Positions 19,201 to 28,037 of a stretch of DNA of 64,000 nucleotides are shown here, one piece after another. The stretch is from assembly GCA_964406095.1 (NCBI GenBank), contig CAYOQJ010000079.1, forward strand, positions 5,944-69,943. Reading direction: 5' to 3'. The position numbers and the translations under genes are program-made. Positions within the stretch are counted from its first letter, which is position 1; each line of letters starts with the position of its first letter. The notes below the pieces were generated by a model that was not told the origin of the DNA, did not search any database, and saw only the letters and a list, made by a program, of their open reading frames with translations. The DNA is from an uncultured Lentisphaeraceae bacterium. Its GTDB lineage: Bacteria > Verrucomicrobiota > Kiritimatiellia > RFP12 > UBA1067.

Positions 19201-19266
19201 CACCGTTTGTCCTCCGTGGCGTTTCTGGTTGTCGGGTTGTATACATTGGTGGGTTTCCGAGATTGA
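16252..19266 (+). CDS. Heptaheme c-type cytochrome (periplasmic, about 800 aa) fused to a C-terminal 5-TM membrane domain
   Basis: Signal peptide. Seven CxxCH motifs (CGQCH, CFACH, CLNCH, CSDCH, CAGCH, CTVCH, CDDCH). Five C-terminal TM helices, three of them with His. Confidence 0.75.
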   Translation: MIMKKLTTLIVALGLCTVAFGAVPSHWDGGRNIPVHKLTLLDEFEDTIDPVSASALPVSTRNTCGQCHDYSIISGGWHFNSSETNACLGRFSEPWFMIDQLSGSQIPMSLRTWPKVYKPEDIGMTDWEWVYAFGRHLPGGDIAEPEDIYAEGGENVRWEVSGKMEINCFACHSTSDLYDHSEFVRLVKRENFAWAASGAFGLGNVEGMGSRVPEYWDASRGFDPDDRVYKVPPHINYDLGRFDSKSRTVLEVGEPSSENCLNCHSVSQSGVGHHQIDGDVHLRAGMNCSDCHSNGLGHDIARGYEGESGEYRDKTRATASCAGCHVIGDDTKAGRFGAPAPEHVGFPLIHFEKLSCTVCHSGVTEAGKLAQVRTSKANRMGVYGRARWVTPAPFIQEPVFVKNEQGVIEPHRISWPAFWGRRSADGREVKPIKPEKVGELCADELGVRTRLGALLATLATNPNIPGVPALAINGICFAANADGVAMPVVQDESIKGVAFVYLVDGCDPAADFTGFDPLASTEGLAQFQAERHIEKLEQFTGLLGDLEAQPLAEGRYGAVVLGDQIYYKTYNGLTNAPAGDAPQGAGYYLDGSFDSIVHNFAQPALPIYDPTAGSSQMTDDQYRVFDANRKKFEELLQTLDASEMAENRYCAMVIKDQLFYRGGTDATVISTNAPAGADDGMIGFYMDGGFEPLLDDYLVSNVAELADSECSLTESMVTAVLRKLTASGEVNPVYVAHGKLWGLNEDGELTAGVHVAAEPVSWALGHDVRPARLARGAKPVKCDDCHTADSDFFFADVRSTGPLLTSSVAVAKQIDFMQLSGVYNRLFGLTFMVRPLLKIFLWLAFGIFILVAVGFASVSIPALLALGGLKQGTPREQLMNRIDRIAMLALTASSGYLALSGVTGWLLHLMTGYLLVLHIVAGGIFALCLLTLLWTRGAARLAIPRKSMLWLAMLILAVVVIFSAVAPMMTIFGSEWQLALLWTHRLSSVAFLVVGLYTLVGFRD

Positions 19267-19285
19267 CGGGTGGTTGTCCGGTCTT

Positions 19286-20233
19286 ATGAAGGTTCATAAA
19301 TATGAACACGAAGCGATGTCCACCCGGTTCGAACTGATGATTCGAATCGAAGATGAGCAGATTGCTCAGAGTGCGGCCTGGAATGCATTTCAGAAGATCG
19401 ATAAGCTGGAAAAACTTTTGAGCAGATTTGCGGATGGCAGTGATGTCACGGTGATCAGCCATTTGAGTCCTGGAGAGAGTTACCAGATAGCACCGGAGAC
19501 GTTGGAGTTGCTATTGATTGCCACTGAGGTGTGCGCGGCAACCCGAGGGGCTTTTGATGTGACGGTTGGTGCATTTATGGATTTGCTGCGCGGGGTCAAT
19601 CATCGCTGGCAGGCACTGACTGCGGATGAGTTGCAACAGACATGGAAGGCATGCGGCATGAACCGGCTGATCATCGACAGAGATAACCATCTGGTTGCGG
19701 TGAAACCGGTGCAGGCGGGTGAATTGGTTCCATTGAAACTTGATTTCGGGGCAATTGCCAAGGGTTATGCACTGGATGTGGTGGCGGCAATGTTGAATGA
19801 AGAGTGGGATTTGACAGATTTTCTGGTGCATGCCGGCACCAGCACGGTAATTGCTGCAGGTTCCATGGATGCAATACCAGGATGGCCGGTGACCGTTGGC
19901 GGCGAGTGGCGCACACGTGCCGGGCTTGAGACGGTACGTTTAAAAGTGGGGGCACTCAGCGGCTCAGGATTTGAGGTTAAAGGGGCGCATGTTGTGGATG
20001 TGCGCCGAGGAGTGGCGGCGGTGCAACATCCGGCCGCATGGGCTTATGCCGACAGCGCGGCTGTGGCTGATGCGCTTTCCACCGCGGTATTAGGTATGAA
20101 ATGGCGTGAGATCAAAGAGTCATGCGTTGAAATACCAAACAGCGGCGTACTGACAGTGCGTGAGCAGAGTACTCGTCTTGACCGGTTTAGAGCACCGTTC
20201 AGGGTTTGCGGAAATTTTCCGCCTTTACGGTAG
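19286..20233 (+). CDS. apbE: FAD:protein FMN transferase ApbE
   Basis: ApbE motif DFGAIAKGYALD. Start taken at MKVHKYEHE (19286), because the longer ORF-track start overlaps the cytochrome gene. Confidence 0.75.
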   Translation: MKVHKYEHEAMSTRFELMIRIEDEQIAQSAAWNAFQKIDKLEKLLSRFADGSDVTVISHLSPGESYQIAPETLELLLIATEVCAATRGAFDVTVGAFMDLLRGVNHRWQALTADELQQTWKACGMNRLIIDRDNHLVAVKPVQAGELVPLKLDFGAIAKGYALDVVAAMLNEEWDLTDFLVHAGTSTVIAAGSMDAIPGWPVTVGGEWRTRAGLETVRLKVGALSGSGFEVKGAHVVDVRRGVAAVQHPAAWAYADSAAVADALSTAVLGMKWREIKESCVEIPNSGVLTVREQSTRLDRFRAPFRVCGNFPPLR

Positions 20234-20340
20234 TGAAAATCAGGCATTCGTGGTGAATGCACAGAGATAAAAATCTCGCATGTTACAATAAAGAACACAA
20301 AGTTCTAAGGCTCTGATTGAGAGTCGGAAAGGATACAACT

Positions 20341-21003
20341 ATGAAACTTAAATCAATGTTACTGATCTCGGCGGCGGCGGCCGCCGCTCTTACGATTAAC
20401 GCCGCTGACGGCGGTAAGGTTGTGCTGAAGATTGATCTGCCTAAACCCCAGTTCACCGGTACACCCAAGGATATCCGTTCACCGAACCTTGAACCGCCCC
20501 GCGGTGGCAGACCGCGTCCGCCGATCAATGTACCTGCCGGAACCAAGGTGATCTCGCTTGACTGCAAGGTGACATCCAGCGACATGGAGCCGATTATCGG
20601 CGAGCTTGAATACATCACGGATGGTGATAAAGAACATGATGCCGCGACTTACGTGGAAATCGGTCCGGGTACGCAGTGGGTGCAGGTTGATCTTGGCGAG
20701 GAAAAAGAGGTGCACGCTGCCTGTGTTTGGCATTATCATGGTGAAGCGCGTGTTTATCGCGATGTCATCTGTCAGATATCCAGCGATCCCGACTTTATCG
20801 ATGGTGTCGTAACTGTTTTCAATAACGATCACGATGACTCATCAAAACTCGGCAAGGGAAATGATAAAGAGTACATCGAGGATAATAAGGGTCGCCCCTT
20901 TGCCGTCAACGGTGTTAAAGGGCGTTACGTGCGCTTCTACAGTCGCGGTAATACCTCCAATGAGATGAATCACTACACCGAAATAGAAGTTTACGGTTTG
21001 TGA
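20341..21003 (+). CDS. Secreted discoidin (F5/8 type C) domain protein
   Basis: Signal peptide MKLKSMLLISAAAAAALTINA. Discoidin-domain C-terminus (VQVDLGEEKEV...RYVRFYSRGNTSNEMNHYTEIEVYG). Confidence 0.7.
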   Translation: MKLKSMLLISAAAAAALTINAADGGKVVLKIDLPKPQFTGTPKDIRSPNLEPPRGGRPRPPINVPAGTKVISLDCKVTSSDMEPIIGELEYITDGDKEHDAATYVEIGPGTQWVQVDLGEEKEVHAACVWHYHGEARVYRDVICQISSDPDFIDGVVTVFNNDHDDSSKLGKGNDKEYIEDNKGRPFAVNGVKGRYVRFYSRGNTSNEMNHYTEIEVYGL

Positions 21004-21066
21004 TCAGTTCGGGAGCGTTGCTCATCTGATACTGTTACGCAGGTGAGTGTGTATACTTGAGTGTCA

Positions 21067-21098
21067 AAACCGTCCGCAGCTGCGGACGGTTTTTCATT
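21067..21098 (+). terminator. Rho-independent terminator after the discoidin-protein gene
   Basis: CCGTCCGCAG/CTGCGGACGG perfect 10-bp stem followed by TTTTTCATTT. Confidence 0.7.
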
Positions 21099-21206
21099 TG
21101 CGGGATTTTGTTACAAAAGAGAGACAGATTGTCGCTTTAACCACTATGATTGTCACGTAAAATCTGTTACAATGGTTGTGCAAAAAATGAGTTGTGGAGA
21201 ATAGTT

Positions 21207-22274
21207 TTGAATATACTTGATGTAATCACAAAGTTGTCTCAGGAATTTGGCACGGATCGCTATGTGCGCGGCGGGGGTGGTAACACCTCCTGCAAGAATG
21301 AATCGACGCTCTGGGTGAAGCCTTCTGGTACGACACTTGCGGCCCTGACACCTAAGCTTTTTGTGGCACTGGATCGCGCCAGACTTGCGCGGCTGTATGA
21401 GATGGAGCCGCCCTCCGAGGTCTCGGCGCGCGAGGCATTGGTCAAAGAAATTATGGAGCAGTCGTTGTTGCCTGGGAGTTCCGGACGTGCCTCGGTTGAA
21501 GCACCATTGCATGACTCGCTGGGGTTTCGTTATGTTGTGCATACCCATCCCTATGCTGTCAATGGCATGACCTGTGCCCGTGATGGTCGGGTGGCTTGCG
21601 AGAGGCTTTTCCCTGATGCGCTCTGGCTTGATTACATTGATCCTGGCTATACGCTTTGTCGCGTTGTGCGTGCAGCTGTGATTGAGTACAAGAGTAAAAA
21701 GGGGAGTGAGCCGGAGCTGATATTTTTGAAAAATCACGGGGTGTTTGTGGCAGCCGACACCCCGGAAAGAATTCGTGCGCTCTATGCCGATGTTATTGAT
21801 AAATTACTGTCCGAATATGAGCGAGCTGGTATCGACACTGCGTTTGAGTCTGCGCAGCTGGCCACCGAATCAACGCTTGTCATCGATCGTCAGGCAATCT
21901 GCAAAGCGATGGGCCGGAGTGATCTGTCGATTGTGGCCTCAGGGGCCTTCGATGTTGCTGCTGGTCCCCTTTCACCCGATCATATGGTTTATGCTAAGGC
22001 TTTTCCCTATATCGGGGTGCCCACAGAAGAGGGCATTGCGGCTTTTAAAGAGCGTCATGGTTACGTACCGCAGGTTTTCAGTTTCAATCAGAGTGTCTTC
22101 GGTGTGGCTGAAAGTGAAAAGGGTGCGGCACTTGCTCTCGAACTGGCCAAGGATGGAGCATTGGTTGAAAAGCTGACCAAAGCCTTTGGCGGGGTGCAGT
22201 ATATGAGCGATGCCGCCCGCGATTTTATTGAAAACTGGGAGGTTGAATCCTACCGCAAAAAACAGATGAATTAA
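21207..22274 (+). CDS. Class II aldolase/adducin-family protein (long-form rhamnulose-1-phosphate-aldolase-like)
   Basis: Motif GGGNTSCKNESTLWVKPSGT of the class II aldolase N-domain. ORF-track start 21150 is TTG. An alternative TTG at 21207 has the RBS GGAGA 6 nt upstream. Adjacent to rhaA. Confidence 0.65.
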   Translation: MNILDVITKLSQEFGTDRYVRGGGGNTSCKNESTLWVKPSGTTLAALTPKLFVALDRARLARLYEMEPPSEVSAREALVKEIMEQSLLPGSSGRASVEAPLHDSLGFRYVVHTHPYAVNGMTCARDGRVACERLFPDALWLDYIDPGYTLCRVVRAAVIEYKSKKGSEPELIFLKNHGVFVAADTPERIRALYADVIDKLLSEYERAGIDTAFESAQLATESTLVIDRQAICKAMGRSDLSIVASGAFDVAAGPLSPDHMVYAKAFPYIGVPTEEGIAAFKERHGYVPQVFSFNQSVFGVAESEKGAALALELAKDGALVEKLTKAFGGVQYMSDAARDFIENWEVESYRKKQMN

Positions 22275-22592
22275 CAGGATTTGAGGCTGTGGGCGGCAAG
22301 AATTTTAGCACAGAGACACAGAGTCACGGAGAAGGGGCGTCATGTGCGAATGTGCGAGTTAAAGAGAAGAGTTTTTGACAGGATTACAGGATTTGGGGCT
22401 GTGGGGCCGGTGACCTCACCGGCCATTCATGGCTCCCTATGTCCTCTGTGTTAAACTTATTCCTAAGCTCAGCGCCAATGTTCGCTTCGCCGTGCACGCT
22501 GGCGTGTGTGAAGCAAATGGGACGTTATGAAAAACGGAAAATAAATAAAAATGATCTCTGGTGGCGACGCAGAGAGTGTTGAGGAAAACAGT

Positions 22593-23855
22593 ATGAATAA
22601 TAATATTGAGCAAGCCTATCAGATTGCGCGAGAAAAATATGCGGAGATCGGGGTGGATACCGAAGCCGCTATGAAAGCATTGGAACAGGTGCCTGTGAGC
22701 ATGCACTGCTGGCAGGGTGATGATGTCGGAGGTTTCGAAAGTGTTGGCGGCTCCGAGTTGAGCGGCGGAATTCAGGCCACCGGCAATTATCCCGGTAAAG
22801 CGCGTACGATCGATGAGTTGCGCAGCGATATAGAAAAAGCACTTTCACTTATTCCCGGTACTCACCGGCTGAATTTGCATGCCAGCTATCTGGAGAACGG
22901 CGGCATCTTTGTCGATCGTGATGAAATTGAGCCTAGGCATTTCAAGGGCTGGATTGACTGGGGCAAAGGCAGGTTGCACGGCATGGATTTCAACCCCACC
23001 TTCTTTTCACACGCCAAAGCCGCAGATGGATTCACTTTGAGTCATCCCGATCAGGCGGTACGCGATTTCTGGATTGAACATGGCAGGCGTTGCCGGACTA
23101 TCGCTGCTGAGATGGGACATCAGTACGGTACCACAACGGTCACCAACTTCTGGGTGCCGGACTCATACAAGGATACGCCGGCGGATCGGGCCTCTCCGCG
23201 TCAACGTCTGGCAGAAGCTCTGGACAGTTGTTTTGAGGAGAAGATTGATCCATCCGTGCATCTGGATGCGGTTGAGTCGAAGTTGTTCGGCATCGGCGGT
23301 GAAAGCTACACCGTTGGTTCGCATGAGTTTTATATGGGTTACGCTGTATCCCGTCAGAAGCTGCTCTGTCTGGATGCCGGACATTATCACCCGACGGAGA
23401 TGATATCCGAGAAGATTTCATCTGTTATGATGTTCTGTCCTGAATTACTGTTGCATGTAAGCAGACCGGTACGCTGGGACAGTGACCATGTAGTCTGTTT
23501 TGACGATGAATTGCAGCAGATCGCCAAAGAGCTGGTGCGCAGTGGGCAGATGGACAAGGTGCATATCGGTCTGGACTTCTTTGATGCCAGTATAAATCGT
23601 GTGGCGGCCTGGGTTATCGGAACACGCAATATGGTCAAAGCTCTGTTGTTCGCTATGCTGGAACCGATTGAGACTCTTCGTCAGGCTGAGGCGGAGATGA
23701 ATTTCACAAAACGTCTGGTGATGTTCGAAGAGCTTAAAACTATGCCGTGGAGCGCGGTCTGGGATTACTACTGCCTGCGGCAGGATGTTCCGGCAGGGCT
23801 TGCATGGTTTGACGAAGTTGTTAATTATGAGAAAGATGTGTTAAGCAGACGTTAA
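22593..23855 (+). CDS. rhaA: L-rhamnose isomerase
   Basis: Recalled E. coli RhaA motifs are present, e.g. [13 protein letters not shown] and [14 protein letters not shown]; no alignment was run. Start taken at MNNNIEQ with the RBS GAGGAaaacagt. Confidence 0.95.
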   Translation: MNNNIEQAYQIAREKYAEIGVDTEAAMKALEQVPVSMHCWQGDDVGGFESVGGSELSGGIQATGNYPGKARTIDELRSDIEKALSLIPGTHRLNLHASYLENGGIFVDRDEIEPRHFKGWIDWGKGRLHGMDFNPTFFSHAKAADGFTLSHPDQAVRDFWIEHGRRCRTIAAEMGHQYGTTTVTNFWVPDSYKDTPADRASPRQRLAEALDSCFEEKIDPSVHLDAVESKLFGIGGESYTVGSHEFYMGYAVSRQKLLCLDAGHYHPTEMISEKISSVMMFCPELLLHVSRPVRWDSDHVVCFDDELQQIAKELVRSGQMDKVHIGLDFFDASINRVAAWVIGTRNMVKALLFAMLEPIETLRQAEAEMNFTKRLVMFEELKTMPWSAVWDYYCLRQDVPAGLAWFDEVVNYEKDVLSRR

Positions 23856-23877
23856 AATCGCGTTTGTACGGAGATTG

Positions 23878-23914
23878 ACGGCACCGGTTGCAAAGTGACC
23901 AGTGCCGTTTTGTT
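23878..23914. terminator. Hairpin + T-tract between convergent rhaA and lgt
   Basis: GGCACCGG...CCAGTGCC stem (one mismatch) followed by GTTTTGTT. Confidence 0.5.
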
Positions 23915-23927
23915 ATGTGGCAGATGT

Positions 23928-24746
23928 TCAATTTTCGGGATCAAAAATTTCTTTTCGTCGATTCAATAGAATCGCCACTCCGATTGCGGCCAGTCCGATA
24001 CTGATCGTCTGACTGATCGACAATGCACCCACGTTGGCACGCGGGTCACCTCGCAAAAACTCAACCATGAATCGCATAAAAGCGTAGGCAATCAGATAGA
24101 TGGCGGATGGCAGACCAAGCTTGCGATAGTGATTCAGAAAAATATAGATCATAGCCGCAAAGATCAGCAGATTGGCTCCTGATTCGATCAACTGGGTTGG
24201 GATAACCGGTAGACTCTGGGCGGCAGTTGGCTCGATAAGTGGCGGATTAGCATTGCATTGTTCGATCCAGGCGGGAGAGTGGGCCGGAAAATGTACACCC
24301 AGAGCTTCGCTTGTTATACGTCCGTAACAGCAGCCATGCATGAAACAGCCGATTCGTCCGAAAGCGTGTCCGAGCGGCAGAACACTGAGAAGTATATCTG
24401 AAACCTCGAAGAATTTAATTTTCTTGAGTTTTATGAAAATCAGAACAAATAACGCGGCTGCGATGAACCCGCCGTAAAACATCAGACCACCCTGGTCTAT
24501 CCGCAGAATTGCGGAGGGGTTGTCGGCGAATTCCACCTGCCAGTGTTCAATCACATAGGCAACTCGGGCACCGCCGATAGAGGCGATCATCATCCCGGTG
24601 ATCAGTGAAGTCAGTTGATCCGCATTACGTCCGCTGCGTTTGCAGAGCCACACCGCCACCTGCCAGGCAAAGAGAAATCCGAGTGCCATACACAGTCCGT
24701 AGCTGTGCAGGGTTATGCCGCCGATTCGCAATAATTCTGAGTGCAT
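23928..24746 (-). CDS. lgt: Prolipoprotein diacylglyceryl transferase
   Basis: Multi-TM profile. Lgt signature-like GRIGCFMHGCCYG. Confidence 0.8.
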   Translation of the reverse strand: MHSELLRIGGITLHSYGLCMALGFLFAWQVAVWLCKRSGRNADQLTSLITGMMIASIGGARVAYVIEHWQVEFADNPSAILRIDQGGLMFYGGFIAAALFVLIFIKLKKIKFFEVSDILLSVLPLGHAFGRIGCFMHGCCYGRITSEALGVHFPAHSPAWIEQCNANPPLIEPTAAQSLPVIPTQLIESGANLLIFAAMIYIFLNHYRKLGLPSAIYLIAYAFMRFMVEFLRGDPRANVGALSISQTISIGLAAIGVAILLNRRKEIFDPEN

Positions 24747-24786
24747 TGAATTCCCGGGTAATGGATTATGTAAAAGTAAATTGTAG

Positions 24787-26283
24787 TTACTTGGTTTTTT
24801 TGCGTGCCTTCTTTTTTGCTGCTTTTTTCGGGCGCGGAGGTAGATCGTTATTGCGGATTGTTTCGAGTTTGCGTGCCAGTTGTTTTTGGAAACTTTTTAC
24901 GATGTTGGCGTACTCAGGATTTTTTGCCAGATTGGTGAACTGTTTCGGGTCTTTCTTTACATCGAACAGCTCAACTCCTTTGGAGGCATCTTCGGCATAT
25001 TGAATATATGCAAATTCATGTGTGCGCAGCAGAAATCCCTGGCGTGCCGGAGCAACACTGAATACGGCATCGCGCACTTCCTGTCGGGGGTTGGTCAGCA
25101 GCGCACGGATGTCTCTGCCTTGAATGCCGGGTGGTGGAGTCAGTCCGCAAAGCCGTGATATGGTTGGATAGAGATCCTGCAGTTCAACCAATGAATCACA
25201 GACCGCCGGTTTCATTCCTGGAACTTTGATGATCAGCGGCACTCCGGAGGATTCATCGCGCAAACTGACCTTGGCCCAGAAGTCGTGTTCACCCAGATGA
25301 TAGCCATGATCGCTGGTGAAAATTACAATCGTGGAATCGGCCAGTCCCTCACTCTCAAGAGTATCGAGAACCCTTCCGACCATGGCATCCATGAATGTCA
25401 CGGCGCCGTAGTAGCCGCCCATGGCTTTTTTCTGGCGGCGGATGTCCATCTTCATGTTTTTACTGGTTTTGTAGTTGATACCTGCCTTCGGGATGTCATC
25501 CCAGTCGCCTGGGAGTTTTTCGGGTAGCACCATTTTGTTGTAGGGTTTGAACGGCTCGAAATATTTTTTAGGTGCAACAAAGGGAACATGCGGACGAACA
25601 AAACCGACGCCCAGCCAGAAGCGTTTATCTTTGTGGCTTTTAATCAGCTCCACCGCTTTCGCCGCCGCGATGCCGTCAGCATGCACCATTTCGTCGCCGT
25701 CGGCTTCAACTACGACAAAGGTGTTGCCGCCGACAACAGGACGTTTGCCGTCCGGGTTGCCCTCCAGGGTCTCTCCTTCACCGGGGGCTTTCCATTCCGG
25801 TCCCTGGCAGTTGTATTTTTCGGTCCAGGAGAGGGGGTCATCTGAACCATCGGTGCCCTGCTCAATGCCGCCCGGCACTCCCATGTGGTACAATTTGCCG
25901 ACACGCGCGGTGTAGTAATTGTTGTTTTTAAAGAGCTGTGGCCAGGTAACTTTGTCCGGGCCGATATTCGGACGAGGGCTGGTGTATCCCAACACTCCGG
26001 TCGCGTGTGGGTAATAGCCCGAGAAAAAAGCAGCACGCGAGGGACCGCAGTAGGTTCCCTGGCAGAAGGCACGGGTGAAGCGTACGCCATGGTCTGCGAT
26101 CCGGTCGATATTCGGTGTTTTGCAGACCTCGTTGCCGTAGCATGACAGTGCCGTATATGTCAGATCATCCGAGATAATGAAAAGAACATTGTATTTTCCC
26201 TCGGCCCTAACAGAGAGAGGTAAAAGAGCCATATAACATGTAATGAGCAGAACGTTACTTAAAATTCCGGTTATAACTTTCAT
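24787..26283 (-). CDS. Sulfatase (formylglycine-dependent, secreted)
   Basis: Signal peptide MKVITGIL...VRA. Sulfatase signatures LFIISDDLTYTALSCYGN and the CGPSRAAFFSG (CxPxR) motif. Lys-rich C-terminal tail. Confidence 0.9.
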   Translation of the reverse strand: MKVITGILSNVLLITCYMALLPLSVRAEGKYNVLFIISDDLTYTALSCYGNEVCKTPNIDRIADHGVRFTRAFCQGTYCGPSRAAFFSGYYPHATGVLGYTSPRPNIGPDKVTWPQLFKNNNYYTARVGKLYHMGVPGGIEQGTDGSDDPLSWTEKYNCQGPEWKAPGEGETLEGNPDGKRPVVGGNTFVVVEADGDEMVHADGIAAAKAVELIKSHKDKRFWLGVGFVRPHVPFVAPKKYFEPFKPYNKMVLPEKLPGDWDDIPKAGINYKTSKNMKMDIRRQKKAMGGYYGAVTFMDAMVGRVLDTLESEGLADSTIVIFTSDHGYHLGEHDFWAKVSLRDESSGVPLIIKVPGMKPAVCDSLVELQDLYPTISRLCGLTPPPGIQGRDIRALLTNPRQEVRDAVFSVAPARQGFLLRTHEFAYIQYAEDASKGVELFDVKKDPKQFTNLAKNPEYANIVKSFQKQLARKLETIRNNDLPPRPKKAAKKKARKKTK

Positions 26284-26653
26284 TTTGAAACTCCTAACAA
26301 ATACAACAAATACAGAATGAAACAAGTTAGCATAAAGCTCATGTTTCCGTCTGACCACTTAGTGCATATAATAGCGCATTTGTTTGAAAAATAAACGTAG
26401 ATTTTGGTGTTTTTAAAAAAAACGAATTGTTATCGTTGTGGTGCAAGTCTTATACTGGATCGTACTGCAAAGCGTTCGGAACGGAGGAAGGAATGAAAAC
26501 GAGATTGATGCGAAGGATGAAGTCAGCATTTATTGTATTGATATTGTTGTCTTTATCTTTTTTTGCCGCATCGTCGTTTTTGTACCGATGACTGGCCTTG
26601 TGTTGCGCGTTGACAGTGCTTCAAACCTTTTCTTTGTGATTTTTAGGCTTATT

Positions 26654-27769
26654 TCATGAGTCTTCTTCCGGCTGTAGCGGCAAGGTTTCATCAATAGCGG
26701 TGCCCCACATCTGCCAGGCGGAGAGAAAAAGCGCGCCGACGATCGGCCCGACCAGAATACCCGGAGCACCGAAGAGCATGATACCGCCCAGGGTTGCCAG
26801 CAGAACAATCAGATCGGGCATTTTTGTGTCTTTGCCAATCATGCGGGGTGTGAGAATATTGTCGATGCTGCCGACTACCACCGCACACCAAATCCCGACA
26901 GATAACGCTTTGATGCCGTGACCGGTTAGTGCCAGATAGATCACTGCGGGCACCCAGACCAGGGTGGTTCCGAAGGTTGGTATTACTGAGAGAACACACA
27001 TAACAGTAAACCAGAAAAAGATTCCTTTTATGCCGGCAATCCACAGAGCTGAAGCAGCCAGACCGGCCTGCAGGATGCCGATCACTACTTTACCCTTGAT
27101 TGTGGCACGGGTTACGCTTTGAAAGATTGCCAGCAGCCGTTCACCGTCAGCCTCAGTTAACGGCGTGTAACGCAGAGCCTTGCGGATCGGGAGTCCGCCA
27201 GCGATCAGGAAGTAGTACATCGAGTAGAGCGTCACGAAGAGTGAGAGCACAAAAGAGGCGGTTCCTTTGACGCCAGCTGCCAATCCCTGAGCCACGATGC
27301 TACCGGCCTTAGCTGTGATGTCACCAAATTTTGTTACGATGTCATCCTGATATGGGCGCATTTTTTCAAGCCACTCGTGCTGTTCGATCTGACGGTTGAG
27401 CAGCTCTTTCAGCTCGCCTTGGTCTGAAAACCACTCACGTGCCTGGTTGCTCACGCCGACAGCCTCAGTGATGACCACCCCCAGAAAGAAAAGCATCGGA
27501 ATAATGACGAGTAAGAGGGTTAAGACAACTGTGATCCCTGACGCGGCTGATCTATGTCCTTTGAGCAGAAAGACCAGTTTGCTATATAATGGAAAGAGGA
27601 GTCCGGAGAGCAGCGCTCCAAAAAAGACCGAAATGACAAACCCGCGGACAATCAGAAAAAACAAAACTGAAATAGCAGCCGCGAGGATGAGTAGAAAAGA
27701 CACTCTAGGGTTGATAAAATACTTGCTGTTAATTTTCAAGGAAATCTCCGCTGTTTGTCGGTCTGCCAC
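26654..27769 (-). CDS. AI-2E family transporter (PerM/YhhT-like)
   Basis: 8-TM profile. Motif LIVLLATLGGIMLFGAPGILVGPIV typical of UPF0118/AI-2E. Confidence 0.8.
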   Translation of the reverse strand: MADRQTAEISLKINSKYFINPRVSFLLILAAAISVLFFLIVRGFVISVFFGALLSGLLFPLYSKLVFLLKGHRSAASGITVVLTLLLVIIPMLFFLGVVITEAVGVSNQAREWFSDQGELKELLNRQIEQHEWLEKMRPYQDDIVTKFGDITAKAGSIVAQGLAAGVKGTASFVLSLFVTLYSMYYFLIAGGLPIRKALRYTPLTEADGERLLAIFQSVTRATIKGKVVIGILQAGLAASALWIAGIKGIFFWFTVMCVLSVIPTFGTTLVWVPAVIYLALTGHGIKALSVGIWCAVVVGSIDNILTPRMIGKDTKMPDLIVLLATLGGIMLFGAPGILVGPIVGALFLSAWQMWGTAIDETLPLQPEEDS

Positions 27770-28037
27770 GAAACGTTTACACGAACCCTATCCACAACGA
27801 TTTAATTATCGCACAAAAACGGAAAATTAACAAATTCCTTATTAACAATCATTTAACTCAGTTTCTGAATTTCAAATGCCGTAAATAGGTTAAAGGGTTT
27901 TGAGCCGAATACCAGCAATCCTATGGGATGATAATGAAAACAAATTACACTATCTGTAAATCGGTGTAGATGTGCGCATTTCTCTTTGCGGTTGAGAATT
28001 CTACTTTGCTGCATGGTTTGGGGTAGGTGAGTCAGGG

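Noticed and set aside
19184-19285. Longer ApbE start overlapping the cytochrome gene
   Set aside because: The extension (MRCSGRTVCPPW...) is Trp/Cys-rich and sits inside the cytochrome's last TM helix coding region. MKVHKYEHE at 19286 gives a non-overlapping gene.
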